DNA from: an uncultured Gemmatimonadaceae bacterium | Lineage (GTDB): Bacteria; Gemmatimonadota; Gemmatimonadetes; Gemmatimonadales; Gemmatimonadaceae | Assembly (NCBI GenBank): GCA_963829055.1 | Contig: CAWHHI010000020.1 | Coordinates: forward strand, 480,001-544,000 | Direction of reading: 5' to 3' | DNA length: 64,000 nucleotides | In this document: positions 1 through 10,460 of the stretch, one piece after another | How the letters are laid out: each line of letters starts with the position of its first letter | Position numbering within the stretch: position 1 is the stretch's first letter | Made by a program: the position numbers and the translations under genes | The notes under the pieces: generated by a model | The model's database searches: none | Told to the model about the DNA's origin: nothing | Seen by the model: the letters and a program-made list of their open reading frames with translations, nothing else

Positions 1-321
1 GCGCGCTGTTGGCGGCGCAGCGCGGCGTGTGAGCAACCAGACCTTCTCCCTCCGCTCTCGATCTCCGTCGCTGCGCAGCGGTATCTCCGTGCCGTCGGGG
101 ACGGCCGTGACGGGATAGTACGGCACGCGAAGGGAACGGACATTGGACCTTGGGCGCGGGTCGGGAGGGGAGGCTACGGTCGGCGCGGCCGGGCCCCACT
201 GCTCCGTTGGAGTCGGCACGCGTCTGATCGGCACGCAGCGAGCGCTCCACCGCGTTAGGCGGCGCCATCGTCGCCGCCGTCGCGCGCCTGCGGCATTTCC
301 GGCGCAGGGTGCGTGCGCCGC

Positions 322-1290
322 CTAGAAATCGATGCGAGTCACGACCCGAAATTGAGCCGCCTCCAGGTCGGGCACGGACCCCTCACGCAGGGCGACGCGC
401 GACCAGGCGAGGTCCCCGCCGATCGTGAATTGCGAGCGACCCGTGTAGAACAGACCGAGCTCGTAGATGCGGTAGCTGCCGCCGACATCCGCCGTGCGCG
501 CGGGGCCGTTCAGGCCGCGATACGCCAGCGAGAGCCCGATCGGGACGTCTGACAGCTTGCGGAAGTCGAATCCGACCTGCGCACCGATCGCCGTCAGCGA
601 CTCGTTGTCCGTCGCGGCCGCGTCCGCCAGCCCTGATTCGAGTGAGGCTTTGAGTCCCACCCATGGTCGGATGCCCCACGCTCCTCGAAGTCCGAGCGAC
701 CAGCGGTTGATCGGGACGACGCCGAGGAGGCGTTGTTTGGTGCTGTCGGTGTAGCCGCCGTCAGCAATCCCCTTGACGAACCCGTACGGATCGATCTCGT
801 ACGCTGAGGCGTGACGAACATCCCCGACCGCGGAGACGAGGAACTGCTGATTGTGCCAGATCGGGACGGTTGCGCCAAACGAACCGCCGAACGCCGCCAA
901 TGCGCCGCTCGCGACCACCGCCTCTACGCTCGTGCCCACGCGCCCGACGGCGTTCGCGCTCACGCGCAACGCGAGCCGACGCCCGAGCGACTTCTGGTAC
1001 TCGAAGTCGATGAGGAGAAATCCAATGTTGCCCTGAAGCGAATCCACCTCATCGCCGATGAGGTTTCGCACCGGGACTGTCAGATTGACGGCCGTGCCCC
1101 CACCGGTCGAGTTGAAAAAGTGCGTGGTCGCGAATGCATCGGGGACGACGCTCGACGGCAGGAACCGAAATCCGTCGAGGCAGTGACGACATGGATCCTG
1201 CGCAGCCCCGGAGCTCGCGCACAGCACGCCGAGCCCGACCGCAACGACCAGCATTCGATAGGACAGCCGGGACGACGGTCGCGCTCCCAT
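322..1290 (-). CDS. Secreted putative outer-membrane beta-barrel protein with N-terminal CxxC; paralog of 15053-16045
   Basis: ORF 322..1389; probable ATG at 1290 preceded by GAGGTG; signal-peptide-like segment, DPCRHCLDGFRFLPSS, amphipathic strands, C-terminal Phe (VTRIDF). Confidence 0.65.
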   Translation of the reverse strand: MGARPSSRLSYRMLVVAVGLGVLCASSGAAQDPCRHCLDGFRFLPSSVVPDAFATTHFFNSTGGGTAVNLTVPVRNLIGDEVDSLQGNIGFLLIDFEYQKSLGRRLALRVSANAVGRVGTSVEAVVASGALAAFGGSFGATVPIWHNQQFLVSAVGDVRHASAYEIDPYGFVKGIADGGYTDSTKQRLLGVVPINRWSLGLRGAWGIRPWVGLKASLESGLADAAATDNESLTAIGAQVGFDFRKLSDVPIGLSLAYRGLNGPARTADVGGSYRIYELGLFYTGRSQFTIGGDLAWSRVALREGSVPDLEAAQFRVVTRIDF

Positions 1291-1472
1291 GGCACACCTC
1301 GGGCGAAAGGCAATGCGCCGGGCGACAATGGGCGGCCGGCGCAGCACAACCGGAAACAATGCTGGTCGTTGCGGTCGGGGCCAGTACACCTTGGCCTAAC
1401 CCGCCTAACGTCCTCGGCTGACCGATCCGGTGAACCGATGCGGTGAACCAATGCGGGCGCGTCACCGATTGA

Positions 1473-1485
1473 CCGAAGGTACAAT
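1473..1485 (+). promoter_or_regulatory. Shared cluster operator CCGAAGGTACAAT
   Basis: TACCGT follows after 22 bp; upstream of the DUF4136-like operon. Confidence 0.65.
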
Positions 1486-1772
1486 GGGCGTGCATCGACA
1501 CCGGCCCTACCGTTCCGTCGAAGTCAGCCGGCGTGCACACGGCAGCCCGCGGTATGCACGTCGCGCGACGGGGCGCCTCGAGCGGAGCGGTCGGTCGCAT
1601 CGTGGCACACCTACCGGGATGTTCACGGGTGTCGCCTAACGAGATCCGCACTGGGAGCGAGCACGCTGATGGCACCGTCGCGCTCACGCCACGCAACCCG
1701 GCCCCCGAACGATCGTGGACCGGGCTCTCAGGCGCTCCGCACTCACCCCGCGGGACAGAGGAGGGAAGAACC

Positions 1773-2421
1773 ATGATCGGACGCTCGACCTTCGGCATCG
1801 CGTGCCTCGCGGTCGTGACCGTCGCGTGCTATCCCGGTCGCTCGGTCGACTCCACGAGCGAGTTCGTTTCGGTCACGACGCTGTACGACCAGGCGGCACC
1901 CTTCGAAGCGGTCAAGAAGTACGCCCTGCCGGATACAGTGCTCTACGTTCCGAAAAAGGAGAACGAGGAAGTTCCGGCCGCCACCCAGGCAGGCCATCCT
2001 GTCCGCGATCCGCACGAATCTGAACGCGCTCGGATGGACCGAAGTGACCAACGCGCGCACGACGCCGGTCGACGTGTACGTGGTCGCGGCCGTCACGTCC
2101 ACGACGTACGTCGGGTGGGTGTACGACTATTGGGGCTACTGGGGTTGGTACCCGTATTGGCCCGTGGGCTATGGCGCGCAGCACCAACTGGTACTACCCC
2201 CGCTACTGGTACGCGTACAGCTACACGACGGGAACGGTGGTGCTTGGCATGATCGACGGTCGGCCACAGGCCTCCAGATGGCCAGCGCGCTCCGCTCGTG
2301 TGGTCCGCGGGTGTCAACGGCGTGCTCGACTGATGCGAGCAACCAACATCACCATCGCCACGGCAGGCATCAACCAGGCGTTTCAACAGTCACCGTATCT
2401 GAGCACCGGAGTACGCAATGA
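1773..2421 (+). CDS. DUF4136-like lipoprotein (frameshifted; end approximate)
   Basis: GAGGG RBS and ATG at 1773; lipobox VVTVAC; KYALPDTV; Tyr/Trp/Gly-rich segment YWGYWGWYPYW; YSYTTGTVVLGMID and GINQAFQQSPYL lie in other frames. Confidence 0.65.
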
Positions 2422-3093
2422 TGAGACCGTTCGTCGAAGCACAGAGCGTGCACCGCGCGCGGCACGCGACGAGTGACGTGCGCGCTGTCCCTCCTCGTCC
2501 TCGTGGCGGCGCCCCTCGCCGGCGGGAACGCACAAGTCCTGACCCAGCCATACGTCGGAACCCTGTCGTACACGACGGCCTCACCGGCCGGCGACTCGAA
2601 GGACTTCGCCAACAACTTCAGCTGGCTCGGATTCACCGTCGAAGGCGACTGGTTCGCCCGCACGAACCTCTCGACCGGGTTCATCGTCGGCTGGCAGGAG
2701 ATCTACAACGAGAAGAACGGAGACCAGTTCACGTTCACCAACGGGGCGGTGACGGGTCGCACGTACGAAGCATCTGGAGGCACTCCCCATCCTCGCGCGC
2801 GCGCGCTACTGGACCGGAAGCCCGGGCGAGACGTTCATGCATTCGCCGGGCTCGGGCTGGGCACGTACTGGGTGAAGCAGACCGTCGACGTCGGCATCTA
2901 CACGGCCGATGAGAGTCACTGGCACTTCGGGGTCGCCCCCGAGGTGGGGCTCCTGATGGTGACCGGCTACGACGTCGGGTGGACGCTCAACGCCCGATAC
3001 AACTACCCGGTCGCCGCCGGCGACTACCTGTCCGGCACGAGCAACGCGTGGTCGTATTGGGGATTCGGGATTGGTCTGACCTACACGCATTGA
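2418..3093 (+). CDS. Small outer-membrane beta-barrel protein (internal frameshifts likely)
   Basis: ORF 2473..3093 with signal peptide, AGLGLGTY, WHFGVAPEVG and C-terminal WGFGIGLTYTH; directly follows the DUF4136-like gene. Confidence 0.6.
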
Positions 3094-3133
3094 CCGTCGG
3101 GCGGCCCTTCCCGCTGACTCACGTTAGGCACCC

Positions 3134-4140
3134 ATGTCATTGCTCCCGGTGCGCGCCCACCACGGCCTCGTCGCGGCGGCCATCTATCTTGCCGCCGCGA
3201 CGAGCGGCTCCGCGCAGAACCCTGATCTCATGCTGTCGAAGGCCGAGCGCGACAGCATTCTCAAGAACTACCACAACGTGTTTCCGATCTGGGGGCGCAA
3301 GGCGATCGAGAAGGGATTCGACCTGCCGTACCCCGCCGGGTTGGGCGTGAACTTCGTCTACGCGAGCCAGAACATCGATCTCACGAACCTCGGGCTCAGC
3401 ACCGGTACCAATCCGGTCGTGCCGGTCGACTTCATCAAGTTCGGCGAAACCAACGCGCCGGTGCTCACACCGAACCTGCGCGCGGATCTGTGGGTGTTGC
3501 CTTTCCTCAACGTGTACGCGTTCGGTGGCGTCGCGTGGGTCACAACGGACGTCGAAATAGCGGAGCCCGTGCCCTTCACCACGAGGGTGGAGCAGAGTGG
3601 TTATTACGCCGGGCTCGGCGGGACGGCGACGATGGGCATCAAGCACAACTGGCTGGCGTTCGACCTGAACACCGCATGGACGAAAACCGAGAAACTCGAC
3701 GAGCCGGTTCGTGCCCGCATTTTCGGCATCCGGCTCGGTCGCGCGCAGAAGCTCCAGGGCACGCAGCGGGTCGCGATCTGGCTTGGCGCCATGAAGCAAA
3801 CGCTCAAGTCCACGACCAACGGGAGCATCAACCTCAGCGAGGTCATCGCGGGCGGCGGCGACGGCGGCGGGACTTCGAGGACTACGAGGACAGCGAGTGG
3901 TACCAGGGCCTCCCTCCCGCGCAGCGGCGGGTCGTCGATGAGATCGTCAAGCGCATCCAGGGCATCGACCCTAGCGACGTCGTCGTCAATTATTCGCTCG
4001 ACAAGGCAACCGCCGACCCCTGGAACATGATCGCCGGCGCCTCCTACGACTTCTCCAAGACCTGGGCGGGCCGCGTCGAGACCGGATTCATCGGACGCAA
4101 GTCGGTGTTGTTGATGCTGAACTACCGATTCGAATGGTAG
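3134..4140 (+). CDS. Putative outer-membrane beta-barrel protein (frameshift near 3870)
   Basis: Signal peptide; PIWGRKAIEKGFDLPYPAG and RADLWVLPFLNVY; second frame ends PWNMIAGASYDFS...LNYRFEW. Confidence 0.6.
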
Positions 4141-4275
4141 CCTAACGCCGCCTGGATGGCGACGCGCTCGCCCGAGCCCCGCCGTCCGACGATCGCGCGC
4201 CGTACCTCAGCGCGGGACAATGCGGCACGCCCCGCGACTCGCTTCGACTCGCGTCGCTCGAATGACGACACGGGG

Positions 4276-4288
4276 CCGAAAGTCCAAT
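4276..4288 (+). promoter_or_regulatory. Shared cluster operator CCGAAAGTCCAAT
   Basis: CAACCT follows after 22 bp; 70 bp before the DUF1254 ATG. Confidence 0.65.
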
Positions 4289-4357
4289 GGCTCGGCCGTT
4301 ACGTCCGTTCCAACCTTTCCGGTATGACCCTGTGGGTCTCGATGCCGGGAGGCGACG

Positions 4358-5854
4358 ATGCAACGGGAGCGTAGTACGAACATCGAGTACGCGAACATCG
4401 AGCACGGGCTCCCCATCCCGCGGTCCGACAGGCGTATGCTCGAGCGCGAAGTTCCGGTTCCCACTGGACAGCTCTCCGCGGAGGAGGCGCTCGAGATCGC
4501 CGTCAATGCGTACGTGTACGCATATCCGTTGGTCATCATGGACGTGACGCGCGCCGTATCCACCAACACCGTGGGCGTGAACAACGCCCGGTTGCGCGCG
4601 CCGGTGAATCAGTTCGCCCATGCTCGATCATTCCCCGACGCGACGTTCACCGACGGTGTGCGCCCCAACGCCGACACGCTCTACTCGACCCTCTGGTTCG
4701 ACGTGTCCAGGGAGCCGCTGATCATCACGGTGCTCGACTCGGGGGGGCGGTATTACCTCCTTCCGATGCTCGACCTCTGGACCAATGTCTTCGCATCGCC
4801 CGGCAAGCGAACGACCGGCACCGGACCGCAGCGGTTCGCGATCGTCGGGCCGCAGTGGAGCGGGAAGCTGCCGGCAGGCGTGGACCTCGTACGTGCCCCG
4901 ACGTCGTCAGGCTGGCTCAGTGTGCGCATACAAACAAACGGCCCGTCGGACTATGAGGCCGTGCGCGCGTTCCAGTCCAGGCTGTGCGCGACACCCCTGT
5001 CGGTCTTCGGCACGACGTACACGCCGCCGCCCGGCAGGACCAGCCCGATCTCGGAGGCGTCGCCGGTGGAGCAGGTGGACGCGATGGATGCCTCGACATT
5101 CTTCGGGCGGTTCGCCGCGCTCACCGGCGACAACCCACCGCACGCGAACGACCACCCAATGGTGCAGCGCGTTAGGCGGCTCGGCATTCCACCCGGGGGG
5201 AGGTTCGTTCTGGAACGGCTGGCTCGCACATCGGCCGACGCGTTGGAGCAGGCAACCACGATCGCCAGGGAGAAGATCCTCGCGTACGCGCAGCGCGCGT
5301 CGCGACGCGTCAACGGGTGGTCGATGAGCGGGAACCCTATCGGTACCTACGGCACCGACTATCTGAAGCGCGCGCTGATCGCCCGCATGGGACTTGGCGC
5401 GAACACCGTCGAGGATGCGATCTACCCATCGGCGTTCGCGATGGCCGACGGAACGCCGTTCGAGTCGGCTGGGCGCTACGAGCTGCGCTTCGCAGCGAGC
5501 GAGCTCCCGCCCGCACACGCATTCTGGTCGCTCACGATGTACAACGATCGCCAGCTCTTCGCGGCCAACCCGATCGGCCGATACGCCATCGGGGATCGCG
5601 ATCCACTGCAGTTCGGTCCCGATGGGACGCTGACGCTCTACATCCAACGCGTGTCGCCAGGCACGGAACGAGAGACCAACTGGTTGCCCACGCCGCAGAC
5701 CGGCGGGTTCAGCATGAACCTTCGCATCTACTGGCCCGAGGCGAGAGCACTCGACGGCAGATGGGCACCGCCGCCCGTGAAGCGCATGGGCGCATCGGCT
5801 GAAGCGCTTCAGCGGAGTCAGGTCGTTCGACACGAATGCCTGCATGTCGCCTAA
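4358..5854 (+). CDS. DUF1254/DUF1214 domain protein
   Basis: AYVYAYPLV, RPNADTLYS, GRYYLLPMLDLWTNVF, AFWSLTMY, NWLPTP and LRIYWP motifs. Confidence 0.9.
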   Translation: MQRERSTNIEYANIEHGLPIPRSDRRMLEREVPVPTGQLSAEEALEIAVNAYVYAYPLVIMDVTRAVSTNTVGVNNARLRAPVNQFAHARSFPDATFTDGVRPNADTLYSTLWFDVSREPLIITVLDSGGRYYLLPMLDLWTNVFASPGKRTTGTGPQRFAIVGPQWSGKLPAGVDLVRAPTSSGWLSVRIQTNGPSDYEAVRAFQSRLCATPLSVFGTTYTPPPGRTSPISEASPVEQVDAMDASTFFGRFAALTGDNPPHANDHPMVQRVRRLGIPPGGRFVLERLARTSADALEQATTIAREKILAYAQRASRRVNGWSMSGNPIGTYGTDYLKRALIARMGLGANTVEDAIYPSAFAMADGTPFESAGRYELRFAASELPPAHAFWSLTMYNDRQLFAANPIGRYAIGDRDPLQFGPDGTLTLYIQRVSPGTERETNWLPTPQTGGFSMNLRIYWPEARALDGRWAPPPVKRMGASAEALQRSQVVRHECLHVA

Positions 5855-6179
5855 CAACCGCGTCGCGTTCACACTGGACCTGCGTTGTCATTGCCGACAG
5901 GGCTTGGCGTCGTGCACTGGCGTCTGATGTCGCTTCCGCGGCTACCATAGTCCAATGGCCCCGCCGGTGGCCAAATGGTGGATTGTTGGTGGTAAATCGC
6001 AGCGCACCGGTCCCATAGCACGATGGTCATCGGGCACATGCTGCGGGTGAACAATGGTCCAATTGCCGCATCCGCCACGGTGCGGCAGCCTCCAAAACAG
6101 ACCAGGAGCCGCGCGACACGCGGCGTACTGATCGCGCTCGGTTTCACCACATTCACGCACGCCTGACGAAGGAGTCGAC

Positions 6180-7760
6180 ATGATCGCGAAGTTCCTTCGG
6201 CGTCGACCCCTGGGCACTCTTTCCCTTGGCGCCGCCGTCCTGCTGACCGGCGAGCGCCCGACGCCGCAACAGTCGGCTGCTGCTGCCAATCAGCCCTCCG
6301 CCTCGCAGCAGCGGACGGACACCGCCACGAAGACGGCGTCGACCGCTACGGGCGCAGACACCGCGAAGGCAGACAGCGCCGCGAAGAAGCTTCCACCGGA
6401 GGCGCTCGAGGCGCTGGTCGCACCGATCGCTCTTTATCCTGATGCGCTACTCGCGCAGACGCTCGTTGCGTCGACCTATCCGCTCGAGATCGTTCAACTG
6501 CACCAATGGATGGAGAAGAATTCCGGGCTGAAGGACAAGGCGCTGGCGGACTCGGTCGCCAAGCAGCCCTGGGATCCGAGCGTCCAGTCCATGGCGGCGA
6601 TTCCCGAGGTGGTGAAGCGCCTGGCCGACGACATCCAGTGGACCACCAGCATGGGCAACGCGTTCCTCGCGCAGCAGCAGGACGTGATGAACGCCGTGCA
6701 GGTGATGCGGAAAAAGGCGAAGGAGAAGGGAGCCCTCGAGTCCAACGAGCAGCAGAAAGTCGAGGTCCAGACCGTCGAGTCGAAGCAGGTGATCGTGGTG
6801 GAGTCGAAGAATCCCGAGGTCATCTACGTACCGTCGTACAGCCCGACGGTCGTGTACGGCGCTCCCTATCCCTATTACCCGTATCCGCCGATCTACTATC
6901 CGCCCTATTACCCGGGCACCGCCTTCGTGGCGTTCGGGGTTGGCATGATGTGGGGCGCGGCGATCTGGGGTGGATCCTGCTGCTACGCGGGTTGGGGCGG
7001 CGGCAACGTCTACATCAACAACGGTAACAACTTCGTCGGCGGAGTCGGCGGAGTCGGCGGCGTGGGTGGAGTTGGCGGTGTTGGCGGAGTTGGCGGTGTC
7101 GGCGGAGTTGGCGGTGTAGGTGCTGTTGGTGGCGTAGGCGCTGTTGGTGGCGTAGGTGGTGTTGGTGGTGCCGGCAAGCCCGGTGGTGTCGGTGGCGCTG
7201 GGGGCGTGGGTGGTCCGGTGGCGCGGGGGGCGTTGGGGGCGCCGGTGGAGGCCGGCCGGGAGGTGCTCAACCGAAGGCTAGCCAGGGGGCCGCTTGGTCG
7301 CACAACCCGTCGCATCGGGGCGGCGCGCCTTACGGTGACAAGGCAACGGCAGATCGTTTTGGCGGTTCGTCGCCGGCGACGTGGGCAACCGCTCGTCAGG
7401 CATCGGCGGCGGCGGGGCCGGCAACCGCGGCCCGGGTGGCTCCAGTGGGGGACTTGGTGGCTCCGGTGGGGTTGGGGCTCCGGTGGGCTTGGCGGCTCCA
7501 GTGGGCTTGGCGGCGCAGGGAACGCCGGCGGCGATCGCGTCGGCAACCAGAACATTCCGAGTGATCGAGGTGGTGGCGCGGGTTCGGGGGCCGGCTCGGG
7601 TAATCGCGGCGGCTCGAGCGCCTTCGGCGGCTCGGGCGGCTACAACGGTTCGAGCGCGCGCGCCAGCAGCTCCCGGGGCGCGTCGAGCATGGGATCCCGC
7701 GGGGGGTCACGCGGCGGTGGGGGAATGTCACGCGGAGGAGGAGGAGGACGACGGAGATGA
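6180..7760 (+). CDS. DUF3300 domain protein with long Gly-rich tail (compensating frameshifts likely in the tail)
   Basis: LEALVAPIALYPDALLAQTLVASTYPLEIVQ, PWDPSVQS, IYVPSYSPTVVYG; (GGV)n repeats and C-terminal RGGGG. Confidence 0.9.
   Translation: MIAKFLRRRPLGTLSLGAAVLLTGERPTPQQSAAAANQPSASQQRTDTATKTASTATGADTAKADSAAKKLPPEALEALVAPIALYPDALLAQTLVASTYPLEIVQLHQWMEKNSGLKDKALADSVAKQPWDPSVQSMAAIPEVVKRLADDIQWTTSMGNAFLAQQQDVMNAVQVMRKKAKEKGALESNEQQKVEVQTVESKQVIVVESKNPEVIYVPSYSPTVVYGAPYPYYPYPPIYYPPYYPGTAFVAFGVGMMWGAAIWGGSCCYAGWGGGNVYINNGNNFVGGVGGVGGVGGVGGVGGVGGVGGVGGVGAVGGVGAVGGVGGVGGAGKPGGVGGAGGVGGPVARGALGAPVEAGREVLNRRLARGPLGRTTRRIGAARLTVTRQRQIVLAVRRRRRGQPLVRHRRRRGRQPRPGWLQWGTWWLRWGWGSGGLGGSSGLGGAGNAGGDRVGNQNIPSDRGGGAGSGAGSGNRGGSSAFGGSGGYNGSSARASSSRGASSMGSRGGSRGGGGMSRGGGGGRRR
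7035..7215 (+). repeat. Degenerate 9-bp tandem repeat (GGYGGNGTN) encoding (Gly-Gly/Ala-Val)n
   Basis: ggcggagtc ggcggagtc ggcggcgtg ggtggagtt ggcggtgtt ... inside the DUF3300 gene. Confidence 0.85.
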
Positions 7761-8677
7761 CCATGTCCACGTTAGGCATCATGCGCGCGGGCACCGTGGT
7801 GGCCGCCCTCACCCTGGGAACGGCGTGCAACCGGCCGCCGCAGGAGTTCGACACGCCGGAGGCCGCGGTTGAATCGCTGGTCGCCGCGGCGGAACGGTAC
7901 AATGTCCCGGCGCTCAAGAAGATCCTCGGGACGAAGGGTGCCGCCCTCGTGACCTCTCCTGACGCGGTGAGCGACAGCCTTGACGCCACGCGGTTCGCGG
8001 AGCGGGCACGAGTCAAGCAGCGGCTCGACTACGACTCGTCGAGGACGACGGCGTTCCTTGCGGTTGGAGATCTGGATTGGCCAATGCCCGTCCCGGTCGT
8101 GGAGCGTGCCGACAAGAAGTGGTCGTTCGATCCGGAAACGGGGACCGACGAGATCCTCCTCCGGCGCATTGGCCGCAACGAGCTCGATGCGATCGACGTC
8201 TGCCGCGGGTACGTCGAGGCGCAGAAAGCGTACGCCCTGGAAAAGCACGACGGCGCGCTGGTGAACCAGTACGCACAGCGCGTCATCAGCAGTCCGGGAA
8301 AGCACGACGGGCTGGCGTGGCAGGCCGCTGACGGCAGCTGGCAGGGTCCCGTAGGCCAGGCGGTGGCTCGCGTGATCGCGCAAGGGTACAGGAAGGACAT
8401 GCCCCCGTATCACGGTTACTACTTCAAGATCCTCAAGGGCCAGGGCCCCGCGGCGCCACTGGGACAACTGGACTTCGTGGTCGAGGGCGCGATGATCGGC
8501 GGCTTTGCGCTCGTGGCCGCTCCGGCCGAGTACCTGGTGACCGGGGTGAAGACGTTCATCGTCGGCTACGACGGCATCGTGTACGAGAAAGACTTCGGCG
8601 AGAAAACGCTCGACGAGTTCCGCGCGATGGAGCGGTACAACCCGGACTCGACGTGGAAACCGGTCGGGAACGAGTGA
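7757..8677 (+). CDS. DUF2950 domain lipoprotein
   Basis: ATGA overlap with the DUF3300 gene; FDTPEAA, RRIGRNEL, SSPGKHDGLAW, PYHGYYFKIL, GGFALVAAPAEY. Confidence 0.9.
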   Translation: MTMSTLGIMRAGTVVAALTLGTACNRPPQEFDTPEAAVESLVAAAERYNVPALKKILGTKGAALVTSPDAVSDSLDATRFAERARVKQRLDYDSSRTTAFLAVGDLDWPMPVPVVERADKKWSFDPETGTDEILLRRIGRNELDAIDVCRGYVEAQKAYALEKHDGALVNQYAQRVISSPGKHDGLAWQAADGSWQGPVGQAVARVIAQGYRKDMPPYHGYYFKILKGQGPAAPLGQLDFVVEGAMIGGFALVAAPAEYLVTGVKTFIVGYDGIVYEKDFGEKTLDEFRAMERYNPDSTWKPVGNE

Positions 8678-8714
8678 CGCGGTCGCGGTCGCGCGCGAGC
8701 TCTCCGACCGGCTC

Positions 8715-10409
8715 TCAGTCGCCGGGAATCGACGTCGGTGGGCGCATCGGGCCGCGTTGTGTCAACCGGACGTCGTCGCGCGACACGGCACCGCGAACCG
8801 GACCATCGACGCCCGCCACGTCTTCCATGTAGACGAGCTGCGTCGGCCGAGCGAACGCGCTGCCTGACGACTCCACGACTGTCGCGACCCGCAACAGGAA
8901 CTCCTCGCGTACGGCCAGAAACTCGAGGTAGTCCGAGGTCGACACGTACACGAAGAGCTCGATCTCGGCGGCGCGCTCGCCGAGGTCGACCAGCCGAGCG
9001 CGCGACGTCTTGGTTTCCAACCTGGGGTTGTCGGCAATCAGATCGCGAATTCCGCCGAGTATCGATCGCAGTTGCTCTGCGCTCGTGCCGTACTGCAGGT
9101 ACAGGCGAGTCTTCATCAGGATCTTTGCGCGGGTCGCGAAGTTCTCGACGCTCGACCCTGACAACGTGCCAGCCGGGATCGACAACAGCGTCTGATCCTC
9201 CGTCCGAAGTCGAATCGACCGCAGTGTGATGCCTTCGACGACGCCCGTTCGATTCGAGATGATGCACAGGTCGCCGACGGCAAGCACTCTGTCGCTCAGT
9301 AGAGCGATTCCGCCAAGCAGATTCTCCACGGTCTTCTGCGCGCCGAGCGCGATCGCGATGCCCCCGATACCAAACCCGGCGAGCGCCGTCATGGTGTCTA
9401 CGCCAGCGACCGTCAGGATCGTCAGGATGGCCAGCACCAGGATGAGCCCCTGGAACAAGCGTTCGGCGAGCAGCATGAGCGATCGCGTGCCGGTTTGCGA
9501 TCGGCCATGGACCAGGCCGCGAGCGTGCTCCATCGCCAGCGACAGCATGCGGAGGAGCAGCCACGCCACCGCGACGACCGTGACGACCGCGGCGACGTGC
9601 GCGTAGCGGAACCGGAACGCCAACGGCAATCCGATGAGCGGCGTGAGCACGTAATAGTGAATGACGTCAGCCACGATGACGATCATCGGCCACCGAAGCC
9701 CGGCATACCACACATCGAGACGGTACCGCCGTCCGGGCTCGAGCCTGGTGCGCCGTACGAAGCCGACGAGAACGGCCGACAGTAGGCGAAGCACGAGCAC
9801 CGGGATGATGATCGAAGCGGCCAGCAGGATCCATTGCGCGGCCGAGACGCCGAGCACCGAGCGCCTAACGAGCGGCGCCGGCATCACGCGTTGAGCCCAG
9901 GACTCGCCGATCGATCGGTACAGCGCCGGAACCTGGGACAGCGTCTCGGTGGAGATCAGCCAGATGGGACCCGCCTGCGGGTCGGTGACGCGCACCAACG
10001 CGATGTCCACCAGACGGTCGCCGATGACGAGCGGCCCCACGCGCTCGCGGTCAGCCGGGAGTCCGTCGTCCAACTCGCCATCGGGTCCGCCGCTGATAGT
10101 CGCGATGGGCTGGACGAAATGGCGGTCCATCATTTCACTCAGGGCCCGCGCCAACGCCTCGGCATTTCTCGCTTGCGAGCCCCTGAGCTGCAGGTACCTC
10201 GCAGCAGAGGCGAAATCGCCGCGATCCACCGCGCGCGTGAACCCGGCGATCGTGCCCCTGGGAGCGTCGCGTCCAAAAGGATCCTCGACTTGTGGCGGAG
10301 GCGTGCTCGGCGCCTGGGAGCTCGCGGCGCCTCGGATCTGGGCGACGCTCGGGCCGGCGAACGCCACCATCAGCAGGAGAGTCTTGAGCACCATGGCGCC
10401 GGCCGTCAT
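8715..10409 (-). CDS. MscS-family mechanosensitive channel with periplasmic N-terminal domain
   Basis: DPFGRDAPRGT; LAGFGIGGIAIALGAQKTVENLLGG; GVVEGITLRSIRLRT. Confidence 0.9.
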   Translation of the reverse strand: MTAGAMVLKTLLLMVAFAGPSVAQIRGAASSQAPSTPPPQVEDPFGRDAPRGTIAGFTRAVDRGDFASAARYLQLRGSQARNAEALARALSEMMDRHFVQPIATISGGPDGELDDGLPADRERVGPLVIGDRLVDIALVRVTDPQAGPIWLISTETLSQVPALYRSIGESWAQRVMPAPLVRRSVLGVSAAQWILLAASIIIPVLVLRLLSAVLVGFVRRTRLEPGRRYRLDVWYAGLRWPMIVIVADVIHYYVLTPLIGLPLAFRFRYAHVAAVVTVVAVAWLLLRMLSLAMEHARGLVHGRSQTGTRSLMLLAERLFQGLILVLAILTILTVAGVDTMTALAGFGIGGIAIALGAQKTVENLLGGIALLSDRVLAVGDLCIISNRTGVVEGITLRSIRLRTEDQTLLSIPAGTLSGSSVENFATRAKILMKTRLYLQYGTSAEQLRSILGGIRDLIADNPRLETKTSRARLVDLGERAAEIELFVYVSTSDYLEFLAVREEFLLRVATVVESSGSAFARPTQLVYMEDVAGVDGPVRGAVSRDDVRLTQRGPMRPPTSIPGD

Positions 10410-10460
10410 ACGAGCTGGTGAACGTGGACCTCAGGTAATTGAGGCCGATTAGGTATTGGG

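Noticed and set aside
3122..5856. Integron cassette array, suggested by GTTAGGC before the ATG at 3134 and GCCTAAC at or just after the stops at 4140 and 5854
   Set aside because: No paired L boxes or closing GTTRRRY forming attC hairpins, no integron integrase, genes in both orientations, and the same word is common inside CDSs. Better explained by the dispersed motif.
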